Source: an uncultured Gammaproteobacteria bacterium
GTDB lineage: Bacteria; Pseudomonadota; Gammaproteobacteria; UBA4575
Length of the DNA: 57,393 nucleotides
Direction of reading: 5' to 3'
NCBI GenBank assembly: GCA_938074525.1
Contig: CALJEX010000037.1
Span: 1-57,393 of the forward strand
Shown here: positions 8,489 through 18,564 of the stretch, one piece after another
Layout of the letters: the number at the start of each line of letters is the position of its first letter
Position numbering within the stretch: the stretch's first letter is position 1
Position numbers and translations under genes: made by a program
The notes under the pieces: generated by a model
Database searches by the model: none
What the model saw: the letters and a program-made list of their open reading frames with translations, nothing else
What the model was told of the DNA's origin: nothing

Positions 8489-10281
8489 TAGAACAGCTTA
8501 ATGCCTTTTAATTTATCACCTAGCTTATCTTTAACTTTATCGTTAATTTTTTCTTTTATCTCTTCTTTCTTCTCTTCTACCACTTCTTTTTGCTTTTCAC
8601 TCAATGCTGCTTTGAAATCGACACCATATTTAGGCTTCTCAAATGGTCCTTTGATGGTAATTGGAATGGCTGCTTTACCTAGCTCTTCAGACAAGCCAAT
8701 TGCCATTACATAATCCAAACTTGACTCACCTATATCAATATCGCCTTTGCCGTTAACGTAGATTAAAGGCGTGATTAATTTAAGATCATTATTTTTAGCA
8801 ACACCATTTTGAATATTAAATGTGCCCGCTAATGAATCAAACACTAACTCTTCACCTGCCGGCTTAGGTTGTCTACCCTTTAAGAAAGCAATAACCTTTT
8901 CTACGTTTTGTGCAAGCTTCTCACTTTGTAGTGCGCCTTCGGCGGCTTTAAAACTTGCCTTACCATTAAGACGTTTGGTTAATGTTGATGGACGATCGCC
9001 AGATGTTGCGACATTAAACGCCATTTGTGTTTTACCACGAATAATTGATTTCCCATCTTCAGATAAGTCTGCCATTAATCCTTCAACCGCTAAGTTTTTT
9101 AAATCACTACTAGCTGAATACTTTGGTGTTTTGCCACTGACGTTTAAACCAGCACTTCCTGTATACGCACCTTGATACAAATTCATCGTTAATGGATTGA
9201 GGTTAATCACTCCGCCTTTACCATCAATCTTGGCACTAATATCAGTCATGGTTAAACCAGACGCTAATAACTTATCCACCTTTAAGGAGCCATCAATTTT
9301 TAATGAGCGTAGCATATCAACCGGTAATTCAATTTTTGCGTCTGAATCTGTTTGCGCGCTTGAATCTGCACTAGACGCAGAAGCTGAACTATCACTAGCC
9401 GGGATTAATTTTGCCAAATCAATTTCATTAGAATGTAATGCAAATTTTATATTTGGCTTAGAAAATGATTTAACACTTAAGCTTCCATCAAGTGCGACAT
9501 CGGCAAGACTGATGTCTATCGGATCTAGTTTTAATGACTCACTGTTGAGGTTGGCTTCAACATCACTGTTAACCTTCAAGTCCAACACACTATTTGGCAA
9601 CGTGTCACCTTTAGCGTTTACCGCTAACACAAGATCCGTCAGCTGATAAACCGCTGTGTCAATATTCAAACGCGCGTTGGTATTTAAATCCACGTCTGCA
9701 CTTAAAGCAGGGTTAGTTTGAGTAAGACCAAGTTGAACAGATATTTTTGACGGCTTACCGCTGCCAACAGAACCGGTTTTTAATTCTATTGGATTTAAAG
9801 TGATTTTATTTCCTGCTTGACGATCATCGTAAATCACCTGTGAATCTGTGATATGAATTCCCGCCACTTCTAAGCCAATACTTGAGCTATCACTTGATGT
9901 TGTCGCGTCACTGCTAGCACTACTTGAATTACCCGAAAGGTCATCCCAGTTTGTTTTGCCGTTCCTATTTTTTTGCAGGTTAACTCTTAAGCCTTTTAGC
10001 TCAATAGTATCGGCTTGCACTTTCATTTTTAACAAACTTAACAAGTCAACACTGACACCGACTTTATCTACACTTGCAAATGGCTCATCACCAAAGCCCT
10101 TGGCGTTACTAAATTCCGCTTGACCAAGTTTTACCCCAAGCTTAGGGAAGAATGAAAATCCAATATCGCCTTCTAATTTTAAATCGCGCCCGGTAGCATC
10201 TTTCACTGCGGCAACAATGCTTTCCTTATGATCATTTGGATCGACTGTCGCTACTAATATCGCTGCTCCAACAACGAACAC
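8488..10281 (-). CDS. asmA: AsmA-family outer-membrane assembly protein
   Basis: About 600 aa with an N-terminal ...VDPNDHK... region and a repetitive beta-rich body like AsmA. The track start GTG 10281 cuts the membrane anchor. The reading frame stays open to 10341 and encodes (I)TTKIVKYLVIALVLLIVV. Confidence 0.8.
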   Translation of the reverse strand: MFVVGAAILVATVDPNDHKESIVAAVKDATGRDLKLEGDIGFSFFPKLGVKLGQAEFSNAKGFGDEPFASVDKVGVSVDLLSLLKMKVQADTIELKGLRVNLQKNRNGKTNWDDLSGNSSSASSDATTSSDSSSIGLEVAGIHITDSQVIYDDRQAGNKITLNPIELKTGSVGSGKPSKISVQLGLTQTNPALSADVDLNTNARLNIDTAVYQLTDLVLAVNAKGDTLPNSVLDLKVNSDVEANLNSESLKLDPIDISLADVALDGSLSVKSFSKPNIKFALHSNEIDLAKLIPASDSSASASSADSSAQTDSDAKIELPVDMLRSLKIDGSLKVDKLLASGLTMTDISAKIDGKGGVINLNPLTMNLYQGAYTGSAGLNVSGKTPKYSASSDLKNLAVEGLMADLSEDGKSIIRGKTQMAFNVATSGDRPSTLTKRLNGKASFKAAEGALQSEKLAQNVEKVIAFLKGRQPKPAGEELVFDSLAGTFNIQNGVAKNNDLKLITPLIYVNGKGDIDIGESSLDYVMAIGLSEELGKAAIPITIKGPFEKPKYGVDFKAALSEKQKEVVEEKKEEIKEKINDKVKDKLGDKLKGIKLF

Positions 10282-10372
10282 GACTATTAGTAAAACTAAC
10301 GCGATGACTAGATATTTAACTATTTTCGTTGTGATTGCTCCTCAACCCTATATTTTTATTTTTTTGCACTGC

Positions 10373-10849
10373 TTAATCTCTTGTCCAGGTCCCTGACTTT
10401 CCACCTTGTTTTTCTACTAACTGAATCCCGGACATAGTCATGCCTCGATCAACAGCTTTACACATATCATAAATTGTCAGTAAAGCAATTTGCACAGCGG
10501 TCAACGCTTCCATCTCGACACCAGTAGGCCCAGTGGTTTTAACAGCGACTGTACAATGCACTTGGTTTGTTTCTGGCTCACAGGTGAAGTTCACTTTGAC
10601 TGATGACAATTGCAGCGGGTGACACAAAGGCACTAAATCGGCCGTTTTCTTTGCCGCCATAATTCCTGCGATTCTGGCAATGCCAAGTACATCGCCTTTT
10701 TTATGTCCACCCTGTTGAATCAATGTTAGCGTATCGGTATGCATCACAATGCAGCCTTCCGCGACCGCAATACGTTGAGTAAGAGGCTTTTCCCCCACAT
10801 CTACCATGTGAGCTTCACCCTCCGTGTTAAAATGTGTCAGCTGAGTCAT
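10373..10849 (-). CDS. moaC: cyclic pyranopterin monophosphate synthase MoaC
   Basis: 158 aa. Motifs MVDVGEK..., LVPLCHPL and MEALTAV are typical of MoaC. Confidence 0.93.
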   Translation of the reverse strand: MTQLTHFNTEGEAHMVDVGEKPLTQRIAVAEGCIVMHTDTLTLIQQGGHKKGDVLGIARIAGIMAAKKTADLVPLCHPLQLSSVKVNFTCEPETNQVHCTVAVKTTGPTGVEMEALTAVQIALLTIYDMCKAVDRGMTMSGIQLVEKQGGKSGTWTRD

Positions 10850-10918
10850 TATTATATTTACGTTGGTAGTATTTATGCTCGATGATACACCAACTCACTG
10901 TTTAGAATTATTTCCAAT

Positions 10919-11152
10919 ATGACAATTAATGTACGATTTTTTGCCAGTTTGCGCGAGCAGCTTGGCGCCGGTGAAGCAGAGCTAAATTTTCAACCGGATT
11001 TAACCGTTGAGGATGTGTGGAATTTAAGCACTAATCAGCGTAACGTGCCGGCTAACATCCTGGTTGCGGTCAATCAGGAATATGTCAGCTTCAATGACAG
11101 CGTCGAAGACGGGGACGAGGTGGCCTTTTTCCCTCCTGTCACTGGAGGGTAA
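10919..11152 (+). CDS. moaD: molybdopterin synthase sulfur-carrier subunit MoaD
   Basis: 77 aa with a ubiquitin-like fold signature and C-terminal FFPPVTGG. Confidence 0.85.
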   Translation: MTINVRFFASLREQLGAGEAELNFQPDLTVEDVWNLSTNQRNVPANILVAVNQEYVSFNDSVEDGDEVAFFPPVTGG

Positions 11153-11159
11153 GGACTAT

Positions 11160-12539
11160 TTATCTAATCAAGATAAATAGTCCTCGATTACCTCGTTGAA
11201 CATTGAGTAACAAGCCACGCGATTCAATTTTTATCGCTTGCTGCATTTCTTTAAAGTTTGTCACTGGGCGTTTATTTACAGACAGAATAATATCGCCACT
11301 ACGCAAACCTACGTTTCCTGCTGGACTTCCTGGCTCTAGTTTTGAAATCAATATCACTGGGATCGCTTCGCCGTTACGATGCTCGACTTCAGTCAAGGTT
11401 AATTCCGCACCCGCTAACTTATTAGATATTTTTTTGCCGGCGATTGATTTTGATTTCTTTTCTGCAATAGTCGCGATTAGGCGTTTTTCCTTGCCGCCAC
11501 GTATAACATCAATTTCGATTTTCGTGCCCACACGAATTAGGCCAATCATATTGCGTACATCTGCTGAGTCATCAACGGAATCACCATTCACAGAGACAAT
11601 CACATCACCCGCACGCATTCCTGCTTTTTCAGCAGCAGAATCAACTTCTACTCTTGCAACGACAACACCTCTACGTTGTTCGATATCAAATGCTTCTGCT
11701 AATTCAGGCGTTAAATCTTGTGCAGTAAACCCTAAACGACCTCGCTTCACTTCACCATGTTCAATTAGTTGGGAGATAATTTGCTGCGCCATATTCACTG
11801 GAATCGCAAAACCAATACCAACGCTGCCACCATTGGGGCCAACAATTGCGGTATTAATACCTATCAGTTCGCCACGTAAATTAACTAATGCCCCACCGGA
11901 GTTACCAGGATTAATCGATGCATCGGTTTGAATAAAGTCTTCATAAGATTCAATTCCCAGACCACTTCGTCCAAGCGCACTAACAATCCCTGACGTGACT
12001 GTTTGACCTAAACCAAATGGATTACCAATTGCGACGACAAAGTCACCCACGCGTAATTTGTTTGAGTTAGCTGTTTTTATTTCTGTTAAATTTTTTGCTT
12101 CAACTTGAATAATGGCAACATCGGCACCCGGGTCTCTACCTACAATAGTCGCTTCTAGCTTTCGCCCATCACTTAAGGTCACGACTATGTCGTCGGCTTT
12201 TTCGATCACATGGTTATTCGTGACGATGTAACCTTCTTTAGCATCAAGAATCACACCTGAACCTAGTCCAGTGCGTTTACGCTCACGCCTTTGTTGAGGC
12301 ACATCAAAAAATCGTCTAAAGAACGGATCGTTATACAATGGGCTTTGCTGAACAACCGTACCCGATGTGGCAATATTGACAACACTAGGCGTTACTTTCT
12401 CTAGCATAGGCGCTAAGGTAGGTAGCGCTTCACCATCGATACTCACTGGCAAACCTGCCACAGCAATGTTATACATGCCTGTTAATCCAATCCATAGCGC
12501 CAGACAAGTCAGTAATAATTTTTTTATTTTTTTATTCAT
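11160..12539 (-). CDS. degQ: periplasmic Do-family serine endopeptidase (DegQ/DegP/MucD type) with two PDZ domains
   Basis: 459 aa with a signal peptide, the catalytic motifs TNNHV, D...A and GNSGGAL, and two PDZ regions. Confidence 0.9.
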   Translation of the reverse strand: MNKKIKKLLLTCLALWIGLTGMYNIAVAGLPVSIDGEALPTLAPMLEKVTPSVVNIATSGTVVQQSPLYNDPFFRRFFDVPQQRRERKRTGLGSGVILDAKEGYIVTNNHVIEKADDIVVTLSDGRKLEATIVGRDPGADVAIIQVEAKNLTEIKTANSNKLRVGDFVVAIGNPFGLGQTVTSGIVSALGRSGLGIESYEDFIQTDASINPGNSGGALVNLRGELIGINTAIVGPNGGSVGIGFAIPVNMAQQIISQLIEHGEVKRGRLGFTAQDLTPELAEAFDIEQRRGVVVARVEVDSAAEKAGMRAGDVIVSVNGDSVDDSADVRNMIGLIRVGTKIEIDVIRGGKEKRLIATIAEKKSKSIAGKKISNKLAGAELTLTEVEHRNGEAIPVILISKLEPGSPAGNVGLRSGDIILSVNKRPVTNFKEMQQAIKIESRGLLLNVQRGNRGLFILIR

Positions 12540-12613
12540 ACTTTATTACGTTATTTTTATTGTCTATAGAAACTTATGAGTTAAAAAATAATGTTCAGTT
12601 CCGTACTGAGTTG

Positions 12614-13513
12614 TTATTTTGCTCGCGGATCAAATGAAAACTTGGATTTCATTTGCTGGTAAAACTCTTTTTGCTCATCGTTATCCGCAACAGGTGTTGC
12701 TATCACTAAATTCACATACAGATCTCCTGCAGGAGTTCCTGGCAAGCCCTTTCCAGTTAAACGCATCTTGCGGCCACTTTTCGAATTGGCAGGTATTTTA
12801 ATCTCTACCTGACCATCTAGAGTAGTGACAGGAATTTTTTCACCCAATGCGGCTTCCCATGGCGCAATGTTCACATTCATATATACGTCTTTACCTTTAA
12901 GCTCCAACTCAGCGTCGTTAACCACGTTGACTTCTAAATACAGATCGCCATTGGCTCCACCATTCATCCCTGGACCACCCTGGCCACTAAGACGAATTTT
13001 TTTACCTGTTGTGATGCCCTTGGGTATTTTAACCTGCAATGACTTACCACCTGCTAACCGAATCGTTCTACTTGCACCATTAAACGCATCGCGTATCGAC
13101 ACATCAATTTTTGCGCTTTGATCCTGTCCTGCTTGTCTAAATGCATGTTGACCACCGCCTGCTGACTGTGAGAATCCTGATCCAAACATGCTTTCAAAAA
13201 AATCACTAAAGCCACTAGCACTATTAAACCCACCTGCATGACCACCAAACCCAGCACTCCCCCACTCTGGTGGCGGATTGAAGTCTTGCCCGGCTTTCCA
13301 ATTAGCACCCAACTGATCATACGATTGGCGTTTTTGCTCATCTTTAAGCACTTCATAAGCTTCGCCCAGTTCTTTGAAACGCTTTTCAGCATCGGGCTCC
13401 TTACTCACGTCCGGATGATATTTACGTGCAAGACGACGGTAGGACTTTTTAATGTCCGCTTCGCTTGCATCTCGCTCTACACCAAGAATTTTATAGTAGT
13501 CTTTATATTCCAT
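12614..13513 (-). CDS. cbpA: curved-DNA-binding protein CbpA (DnaJ-class co-chaperone)
   Basis: J-domain KDYYKILGV...HPD, a G/F-rich linker and DnaJ C-terminal domains, with no zinc finger. The likely start is ATG 13513 ([12 protein letters not shown]). Confidence 0.88.
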   Translation of the reverse strand: MEYKDYYKILGVERDASEADIKKSYRRLARKYHPDVSKEPDAEKRFKELGEAYEVLKDEQKRQSYDQLGANWKAGQDFNPPPEWGSAGFGGHAGGFNSASGFSDFFESMFGSGFSQSAGGGQHAFRQAGQDQSAKIDVSIRDAFNGASRTIRLAGGKSLQVKIPKGITTGKKIRLSGQGGPGMNGGANGDLYLEVNVVNDAELELKGKDVYMNVNIAPWEAALGEKIPVTTLDGQVEIKIPANSKSGRKMRLTGKGLPGTPAGDLYVNLVIATPVADNDEQKEFYQQMKSKFSFDPRAK

Positions 13514-13536
13514 ACTTTTTAAATTTCTCAACCAAA

Positions 13537-13560
13537 GGCGCCGCGAATTAACGCGGCGCC
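13537..13560 (-). terminator. rho-independent terminator downstream of the hsp20 gene
   Basis: Perfect 9-bp GC stem GGCGCCGCG / CGCGGCGCC with the loop AATTAA. T-rich flanks occur on both strands (TTTGGTT on the minus strand). Confidence 0.7.
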
Positions 13561-13605
13561 TTTATTCCTTTAAGCATCAGCCGCTAGATAACTAGCAGCA
13601 CGTGA

Positions 13606-14028
13606 TTACCGTACTTCTATTTTCTTCTGTGCTTTTTCCTGTTTAGGCACACGCACTTCTAGTACTCCTTGTTCACTTTTTGCAGTAATGGCATCGGCAT
13701 CAATATTTTCTGGCATACGGAAAGTTCTTTGGAATCTACCGTAAGATCTTTCAATACGTTGATAACCATCTTGATCACTTTCGACACTTTCACTACGCTC
13801 ACCTTTCAGCGTTAACGCGCCTTCTTCAAATGTAATTTCAATATCTTTACGATCAATACCTGGAAGATCTGCTTTCAGCACATATTGGTCTTGTTGTTCG
13901 ATGACATCAACTGTTGGCACCCAAGGTGAATCTGCTTCGGGCTGACCATTTGCTGCTGACAACCAGTTTTCCATATCATTGAATTCACGCCAAAGGCTGA
14001 TTGGTTTTACATTCATTCTTGCTAACAT
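13606..14028 (-). CDS. Hsp20/alpha-crystallin small heat-shock protein (IbpA-like)
   Basis: Alpha-crystallin core (VDVIEQQDQYVLKADLPGIDRKDIEITFEEGALTLKGER...RFQRTFRMPE). ATG 14028 lies 6 nt after GGAGA. The track ORF extends to TTG 14040. Confidence 0.9.
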   Translation of the reverse strand: MLARMNVKPISLWREFNDMENWLSAANGQPEADSPWVPTVDVIEQQDQYVLKADLPGIDRKDIEITFEEGALTLKGERSESVESDQDGYQRIERSYGRFQRTFRMPENIDADAITAKSEQGVLEVRVPKQEKAQKKIEVR

Positions 14029-14056
14029 AATCATCTCCAAATTTATTGCTTAATTG

Positions 14057-14087
14057 ATATGTTGGGCCATCAATTTAACAATTCAAG
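14057..14087 (-). promoter_or_regulatory. possible second sigma-32-like promoter
   Basis: The minus strand reads GGGCTTGAAT, 14 nt, CCCAACATAT. This is a weaker match, about 30 nt upstream of ATG 14028. Confidence 0.3.
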
Positions 14088-14106
14088 CCCTGCCTACTTG
14101 CTTTAA

Positions 14107-14134
14107 ATATGGTGACGATAATATTTATTTCAAG
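14107..14134 (-). promoter_or_regulatory. sigma-32 (heat-shock) type promoter upstream of hsp20
   Basis: The minus strand reads CCTTGAAA, 13 nt, CACCATAT, against the consensus CCCTTGAA N13-15 CCCCATnT. Confidence 0.5.
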
Positions 14135-14158
14135 GCATAAAACCAATACAGAACAAAC

Positions 14159-14647
14159 TTATTTATTCTCAAAGCGACCTGCGTCACGATTCTTTTTAAC
14201 CTCATCCGCATTAAATAACTGCCCATTCATAGCAATATAAATACCTGGTGACAAAATACTTGCTGCCGCGGTTGCAAAGCCAACATTGTAAGTTGCATCG
14301 CTGTCTTTAAACCTTGCTGGCTGCATTGCACCCACTAGCACTATTGTTTTACCTACCACTTCTGTTAATGCCTGTGCAGTTTCTACCATAGTGTCAGTAC
14401 CATGAGTGATCACAATTTTATTACACGTCTGCTCGTTTACCTTAGCCACTATATGTTCTCGATCTTCGCTAGTAATTTCCAAGCTATCTTTCTTAAGTAT
14501 ACTTTCGATCTCATAAGAAAAATTAACCCCTGCCTGTTTCAAAATCCATTCAACTTGTGGCTCACCAATCTGATAATCACTTAATGCGTCGTAATAAATT
14601 TTATCGAAGGTACCACCCGTACATAATATTTTTAAATCCATACTCAA
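14159..14647 (-). CDS. short asparaginase-domain protein
   Basis: 162 aa. The N-terminal ILCTGGTFDK and HGTDTM motifs match the L-asparaginase/GatD N-domain. Confidence 0.75.
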   Translation of the reverse strand: MSMDLKILCTGGTFDKIYYDALSDYQIGEPQVEWILKQAGVNFSYEIESILKKDSLEITSEDREHIVAKVNEQTCNKIVITHGTDTMVETAQALTEVVGKTIVLVGAMQPARFKDSDATYNVGFATAAASILSPGIYIAMNGQLFNADEVKKNRDAGRFENK

Positions 14648-14673
14648 ATCTTCCTAACACTATTATCGAATTA

Positions 14674-15540
14674 TTATTCTATGTTTTGTACTTGTTCGCG
14701 CATTTGTTCAATATTCACTTTCATATCAACTGCGGCTTGCGTAGTTATAATATCTGCGGATTTTGAGCTGAGCGTATTTGCTTCTCTATTCAGCTCCTGC
14801 ATAAGAAAATCCAAGCGTCGCCCAACGGGTTTATCGCTCGCTAACACGTCATCTAGTTCTGTTAAATGACTATCTAAACGATCCAACTCTTCATCAACAT
14901 CTAATTTCTGTGCAATCATCACTAGCTCTTGTTCAAAACGATTAGTGTCCATATCTACTTTCATCTCTTCTATGCGCGCCATTAGTTTTATTCTAATCGC
15001 GGACAAAACTTCAGGACGACGTTCGCGCACAATGCCAACCAACTGCTGCAGCGCACTACCGCGTTGCGCAATCAATTCACGCATGCGGTCACCTTCCATT
15101 TCTCGGTTTTCAATTAACGACCTAATTGCTTTATCAAATAATTGCTTCGCTGTTTTAGTCAGTTCCGCTTGATCTATTTGTGCCTGCTCAGTCACTCCCG
15201 GCCAACTGAGTAACTCAATCGCATTAGGTGCAGCGATATCTGGGGCTTTATCACGCAAGGCTTGTGTTTGCTCCAACAACCTATCTAACAGTGTTTCATT
15301 AATACTCAAGTTAACATCTGAAGCCGCTGTGGTTTTTAAACGAAAAGTGCAGTCTACTTTTCCCCGATTCAATAACTTCTGTACTTGCTTGCGCAAATCA
15401 AATTCAGATGATCTCAGCACTTCAGGCAAGCGAAAGCCGACTTCTAGATAACGGTGATTCACTGAACGCACCTCCCAGACAAAACTGCCTATTGGATGAT
15501 TCTCATCGACACGCGCAAACGCGGTCATACTTTTAAGCAT
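14674..15540 (-). CDS. yicC: YicC-family stress-induced protein
   Basis: 288 aa. Has [10 protein letters not shown]... and C-terminal DUF1732-like EELDRL..H...[12 protein letters not shown]. Divergent from rph, as in E. coli. Confidence 0.9.
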   Translation of the reverse strand: MLKSMTAFARVDENHPIGSFVWEVRSVNHRYLEVGFRLPEVLRSSEFDLRKQVQKLLNRGKVDCTFRLKTTAASDVNLSINETLLDRLLEQTQALRDKAPDIAAPNAIELLSWPGVTEQAQIDQAELTKTAKQLFDKAIRSLIENREMEGDRMRELIAQRGSALQQLVGIVRERRPEVLSAIRIKLMARIEEMKVDMDTNRFEQELVMIAQKLDVDEELDRLDSHLTELDDVLASDKPVGRRLDFLMQELNREANTLSSKSADIITTQAAVDMKVNIEQMREQVQNIE

Positions 15541-15615
15541 GTTATCTCCTTAATAATTCTTTCGAGTCCCGTTAAATCTCGTATAATGCGCGCCTTCGAC
15601 AATATGGAGAAATTT

Positions 15616-16329
15616 ATGCGACCTAGTGGCCGTACCCCAGAACAACTGCGTGACATTAAATTCACACGCAACTATACCAAGCATGCAGAAGGATCAGTAC
15701 TGGTTGAGTTTGGTGATACTAAAGTATTATGCAACGCTTCTATTGAGCCTAGAGTCCCCCCTTGGATGCGCGATCAAGGCAAAGGTTGGATCACTGCAGA
15801 ATATGGCATGTTGCCACGTTCTACCGGCTCACGCATGCGCCGCGAAGCTACTTCTGGTAAGCAAGGCGGTCGCACACAAGAAATCCAACGCCTTATTGGT
15901 CGTTCTCTACGTGCAGCTGTGGACCTTCGCCTATTAGGCGAAAATACAGTTACTGTTGATTGTGATGTTATCCAGGCCGATGGCGGCACTCGTACTGCTT
16001 CGATTAGTGGAGGATTCGTTGCTCTTTATGATGCTATTCAATCACTGGTTGATGCGGGCGCGATCAAACAAAACCCTGTGCAATGGTTCGTAGCGTCTGT
16101 TTCTGTCGGCATATTTGAGCAAAAACCAGTATTGGATCTTGATTACGCTGAAGATTCTAATGCAGATACCGACATGAATATTGTCATGACTGAGCAGGAA
16201 AAATTCATAGAAGTGCAAGGCACTGCTGAAGGTCATTGCTTTGATGATCAAGAATTACAGCAAATGCTAGCGCTTGGTAAAGCTGGCATTAATTCTATTA
16301 TTGAAAAACAAAAACAGTGCCTTGCATGA
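15616..16329 (+). CDS. rph: ribonuclease PH
   Basis: [39 protein letters not shown] matches the RNase PH N-terminus. ATG 15616 lies behind GGAGA. The track ORF begins further upstream at 15496. Confidence 0.93.
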   Translation: MRPSGRTPEQLRDIKFTRNYTKHAEGSVLVEFGDTKVLCNASIEPRVPPWMRDQGKGWITAEYGMLPRSTGSRMRREATSGKQGGRTQEIQRLIGRSLRAAVDLRLLGENTVTVDCDVIQADGGTRTASISGGFVALYDAIQSLVDAGAIKQNPVQWFVASVSVGIFEQKPVLDLDYAEDSNADTDMNIVMTEQEKFIEVQGTAEGHCFDDQELQQMLALGKAGINSIIEKQKQCLA

Positions 16330-16943
16330 GTGCAAATCGACAAAAAATTGTTTTAGCTAGTAGTAACCAAGGCAAGTTACGCGAAATCCAAGCTATTTTT
16401 CAGGACTTGCCCTATGAACTTGTCCCACAGGTAGAGTGGAATGTCAGTGATGCCGATGAAACTGGCTTAACATTTGTTGAAAATGCATTAATTAAAGCGC
16501 GTCACGCTGCTGAGCATACTGGCTTAATGGCGATGGCAGATGATTCCGGCATCGAAGTAGATTATCTTCAAGGTGCGCCTGGCATTTACTCTGCACGTTA
16601 TGCAGGTCAGCCGTGTGACAATCAAGCCAATAACAATAAGTTATTGGCTGCCTTAAAAGACGTACCGAAAGAAAAAAGAACGGCGCGTTTTCAATGCGTG
16701 ATTGTGCTAATGCGTCACGCCAAAGACCCTACTCCACTGATATGTAGCGGCACATGGGAAGGCATAATCGTTGAACATGAAACCGGTGCCAATGGCTTCG
16801 GTTATGACCCGCTATTTTTTGTTCCTTCGCACGATTGTACTTCTGCAGAATTATCTCCTGAAATTAAAAACAGCCTTAGTCATCGTGGTCAAGCACTGCG
16901 CGAACTTGCGCAAAAATTTCCTGCATTCTCAAGCTCTATGTGA
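16326..16943 (+). CDS. rdgB: dITP/XTP pyrophosphatase RdgB (HAM1 family)
   Basis: Motifs [21 protein letters not shown] and SHRGQA. ATGA overlap with the rph stop. Confidence 0.92.
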   Translation: MSANRQKIVLASSNQGKLREIQAIFQDLPYELVPQVEWNVSDADETGLTFVENALIKARHAAEHTGLMAMADDSGIEVDYLQGAPGIYSARYAGQPCDNQANNNKLLAALKDVPKEKRTARFQCVIVLMRHAKDPTPLICSGTWEGIIVEHETGANGFGYDPLFFVPSHDCTSAELSPEIKNSLSHRGQALRELAQKFPAFSSSM

Positions 16944-16946
16944 TTC

Positions 16947-18110
16947 ATGAAATCCGCTGACACTATGCAGCAACAACCCGTAAGCATTTACATTCATTTG
17001 CCCTGGTGTCTACACAAATGCGCCTATTGCGACTTTAATTCTCATGCAACTAAAGCCAATCAGTTTCCAGAACAGTTATATACACAGCAGTTAATAGCCG
17101 ATCTCGCTCAAGCTGCTCCTCTTATTAGTGGTCGTGACGTGCAGTCCATATTTATTGGTGGTGGCACGCCCAGCTTATTTTCTCCTGAGTCCATTGAAAA
17201 AATATTATCTGCCTGCACAACCCTAACCAGGTTACTGCCCAAGTGTGAAATTACTCTGGAAACTAATCCTGGAACATTTGAATATCAAAAATTTGCAGAA
17301 TTTTTATCGGCGGGGATTAATCGTATTTCAGTAGGTGCTCAAAGTTTTAATAACATACACCTTACTGCGCTGGGACGTATTCATGATGCTAACGAAGCAA
17401 TCAACGCACTGGAAACCGCTCACAAGATTGGCTTTAAGAACATTAATGTCGATTTGATGTTTGGCTTACCCAATCAATCCATTGAAGAAGCCTTAACGGA
17501 TATTGAAACTGCGTGTCATCAACAGGTAAATCATATTTCCTATTACCAGCTTACTCTTGAACCCAATACCGTATTCCATCGCTTCCCACCCAAGTTACCT
17601 GATGAAGACATTAACTGGGAAATTCAAACCAATGGCTTGCAGGCATTAGAAAATGCTGGCTATCAGCGTTATGAAGTCTCAGCTTATGCACAAGCTAATT
17701 CGCAGTGTGTGCATAATACTAATTACTGGCGTTATGGTGATTACCTTGGTGTTGGTGCAGGTGCCCATAGTAAAATCACCACAAGAAAAGGAATACTGCG
17801 TAATCAACGCACTAGGCAACCTGACAGCTATATTCAGGCGGTGATTAATCAGTCCCACATACTGCAAGAGCATTTCGTGGCTAACGATCAATTGACCTTT
17901 GAATTTATGCTGAACAATCTTCGCTTAGTAGATGGATTCACTATCGATACATTTACTAGGACCACTGGACTACACTGGTCGCAAGTAGAACAACAAGTCA
18001 ATGATCAAATAAGTGAAGGTTTGATGGAAAAAATCAATCATCAGTATCGTGCCAGCCCTCATGGCTACCAATATCTAGACGAACTAATACAGAGATTTTT
18101 GCCCAACTAA
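16947..18110 (+). CDS. hemW: radical-SAM heme chaperone HemW (HemN-like, oxygen-independent coproporphyrinogen oxidase family)
   Basis: YIHLPWCLHKCAYCDF (the CxxxCxxC motif) plus a HemN C-terminal domain. Shows rdgB-hemW synteny. Confidence 0.9.
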   Translation: MKSADTMQQQPVSIYIHLPWCLHKCAYCDFNSHATKANQFPEQLYTQQLIADLAQAAPLISGRDVQSIFIGGGTPSLFSPESIEKILSACTTLTRLLPKCEITLETNPGTFEYQKFAEFLSAGINRISVGAQSFNNIHLTALGRIHDANEAINALETAHKIGFKNINVDLMFGLPNQSIEEALTDIETACHQQVNHISYYQLTLEPNTVFHRFPPKLPDEDINWEIQTNGLQALENAGYQRYEVSAYAQANSQCVHNTNYWRYGDYLGVGAGAHSKITTRKGILRNQRTRQPDSYIQAVINQSHILQEHFVANDQLTFEFMLNNLRLVDGFTIDTFTRTTGLHWSQVEQQVNDQISEGLMEKINHQYRASPHGYQYLDELIQRFLPN

Positions 18111-18112
18111 TT

Positions 18113-18310
18113 ATGCTACTAGAAAGTACCACTGCCTCATGTCCTTACTGTGGAGAACTGATTGAGTTCTTATTTGAGCCTCTAGACGCTGATCAACAAT
18201 ATTATGAGGACTGTCAGGTCTGTTGCCAGCCAATTTTAATAAAATTAACCTCTAATCTAGAGGGGGAAATTCCGCTATTTCGTTGTTTTCAGGCGGATGA
18301 ATCGTGCTAA
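18113..18310 (+). CDS. CPXCG-motif cysteine-rich small protein
   Basis: 65 aa with CPYCG...CQVCCQP. Starts 2 nt after the hemW stop. Confidence 0.7.
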   Translation: MLLESTTASCPYCGELIEFLFEPLDADQQYYEDCQVCCQPILIKLTSNLEGEIPLFRCFQADESC

Positions 18311-18520
18311 TTTTGTGCAAATTATTAGAAAAATGCTGCGTGTTATGCACAGCAGAAATAAATAACCGTAAAATGTATATACAGTGTGTAAAATAAACCA
18401 TCCCTTAACTGATGATATATAATTTATCTTATATATATCAAATAGTTATAATCATGAACAAATTTTAGACGATCTAACAAATTATTATTGAAACTCGGGA
18501 AATAGACTTAATTTGAATAT

Positions 18521-18564
18521 TTACACACAATTTTATCCACAGATTTTGTGGATAACTCACGAAC
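18521..18564 (+). promoter_or_regulatory. three-DnaA-box module (copy A)
   Basis: TTACACACA att TTATCCACA gattt TGTGGATAA ctc ACGAAC. The central box and the inverted box are perfect matches to the DnaA box consensus TTATCCACA. Lies 137-180 nt upstream of rpmE. Confidence 0.6.

Noticed and set aside
8822-9646. 117-aa and 149-aa plus-strand ORFs.
   Set aside because: They are antisense shadow ORFs inside asmA. They have a Ser/Leu/Ala-rich low-complexity composition and no independent support.
10919-11152. moaD with no adjacent moaE, as a possible deletion scar.
   Set aside because: The moa genes are often dispersed. The 7-bp gap to the convergent degQ stop shows no remnant of moaE. There is no evidence of rearrangement within the window.
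11203-11931. 242-aa ORF on the plus strand.
   Set aside because: It lies entirely antisense to the well-supported degQ-type protease gene. Its product is low-complexity and Ser/Pro/Ile-rich, with no start context. It is a typical shadow ORF.
13054-13392. 112-aa minus-strand ORF in an alternative frame.
   Set aside because: It is nested in cbpA in a different frame. The cbpA frame has clear J-domain and DnaJ C-terminal homology, and the alternative frame has none.
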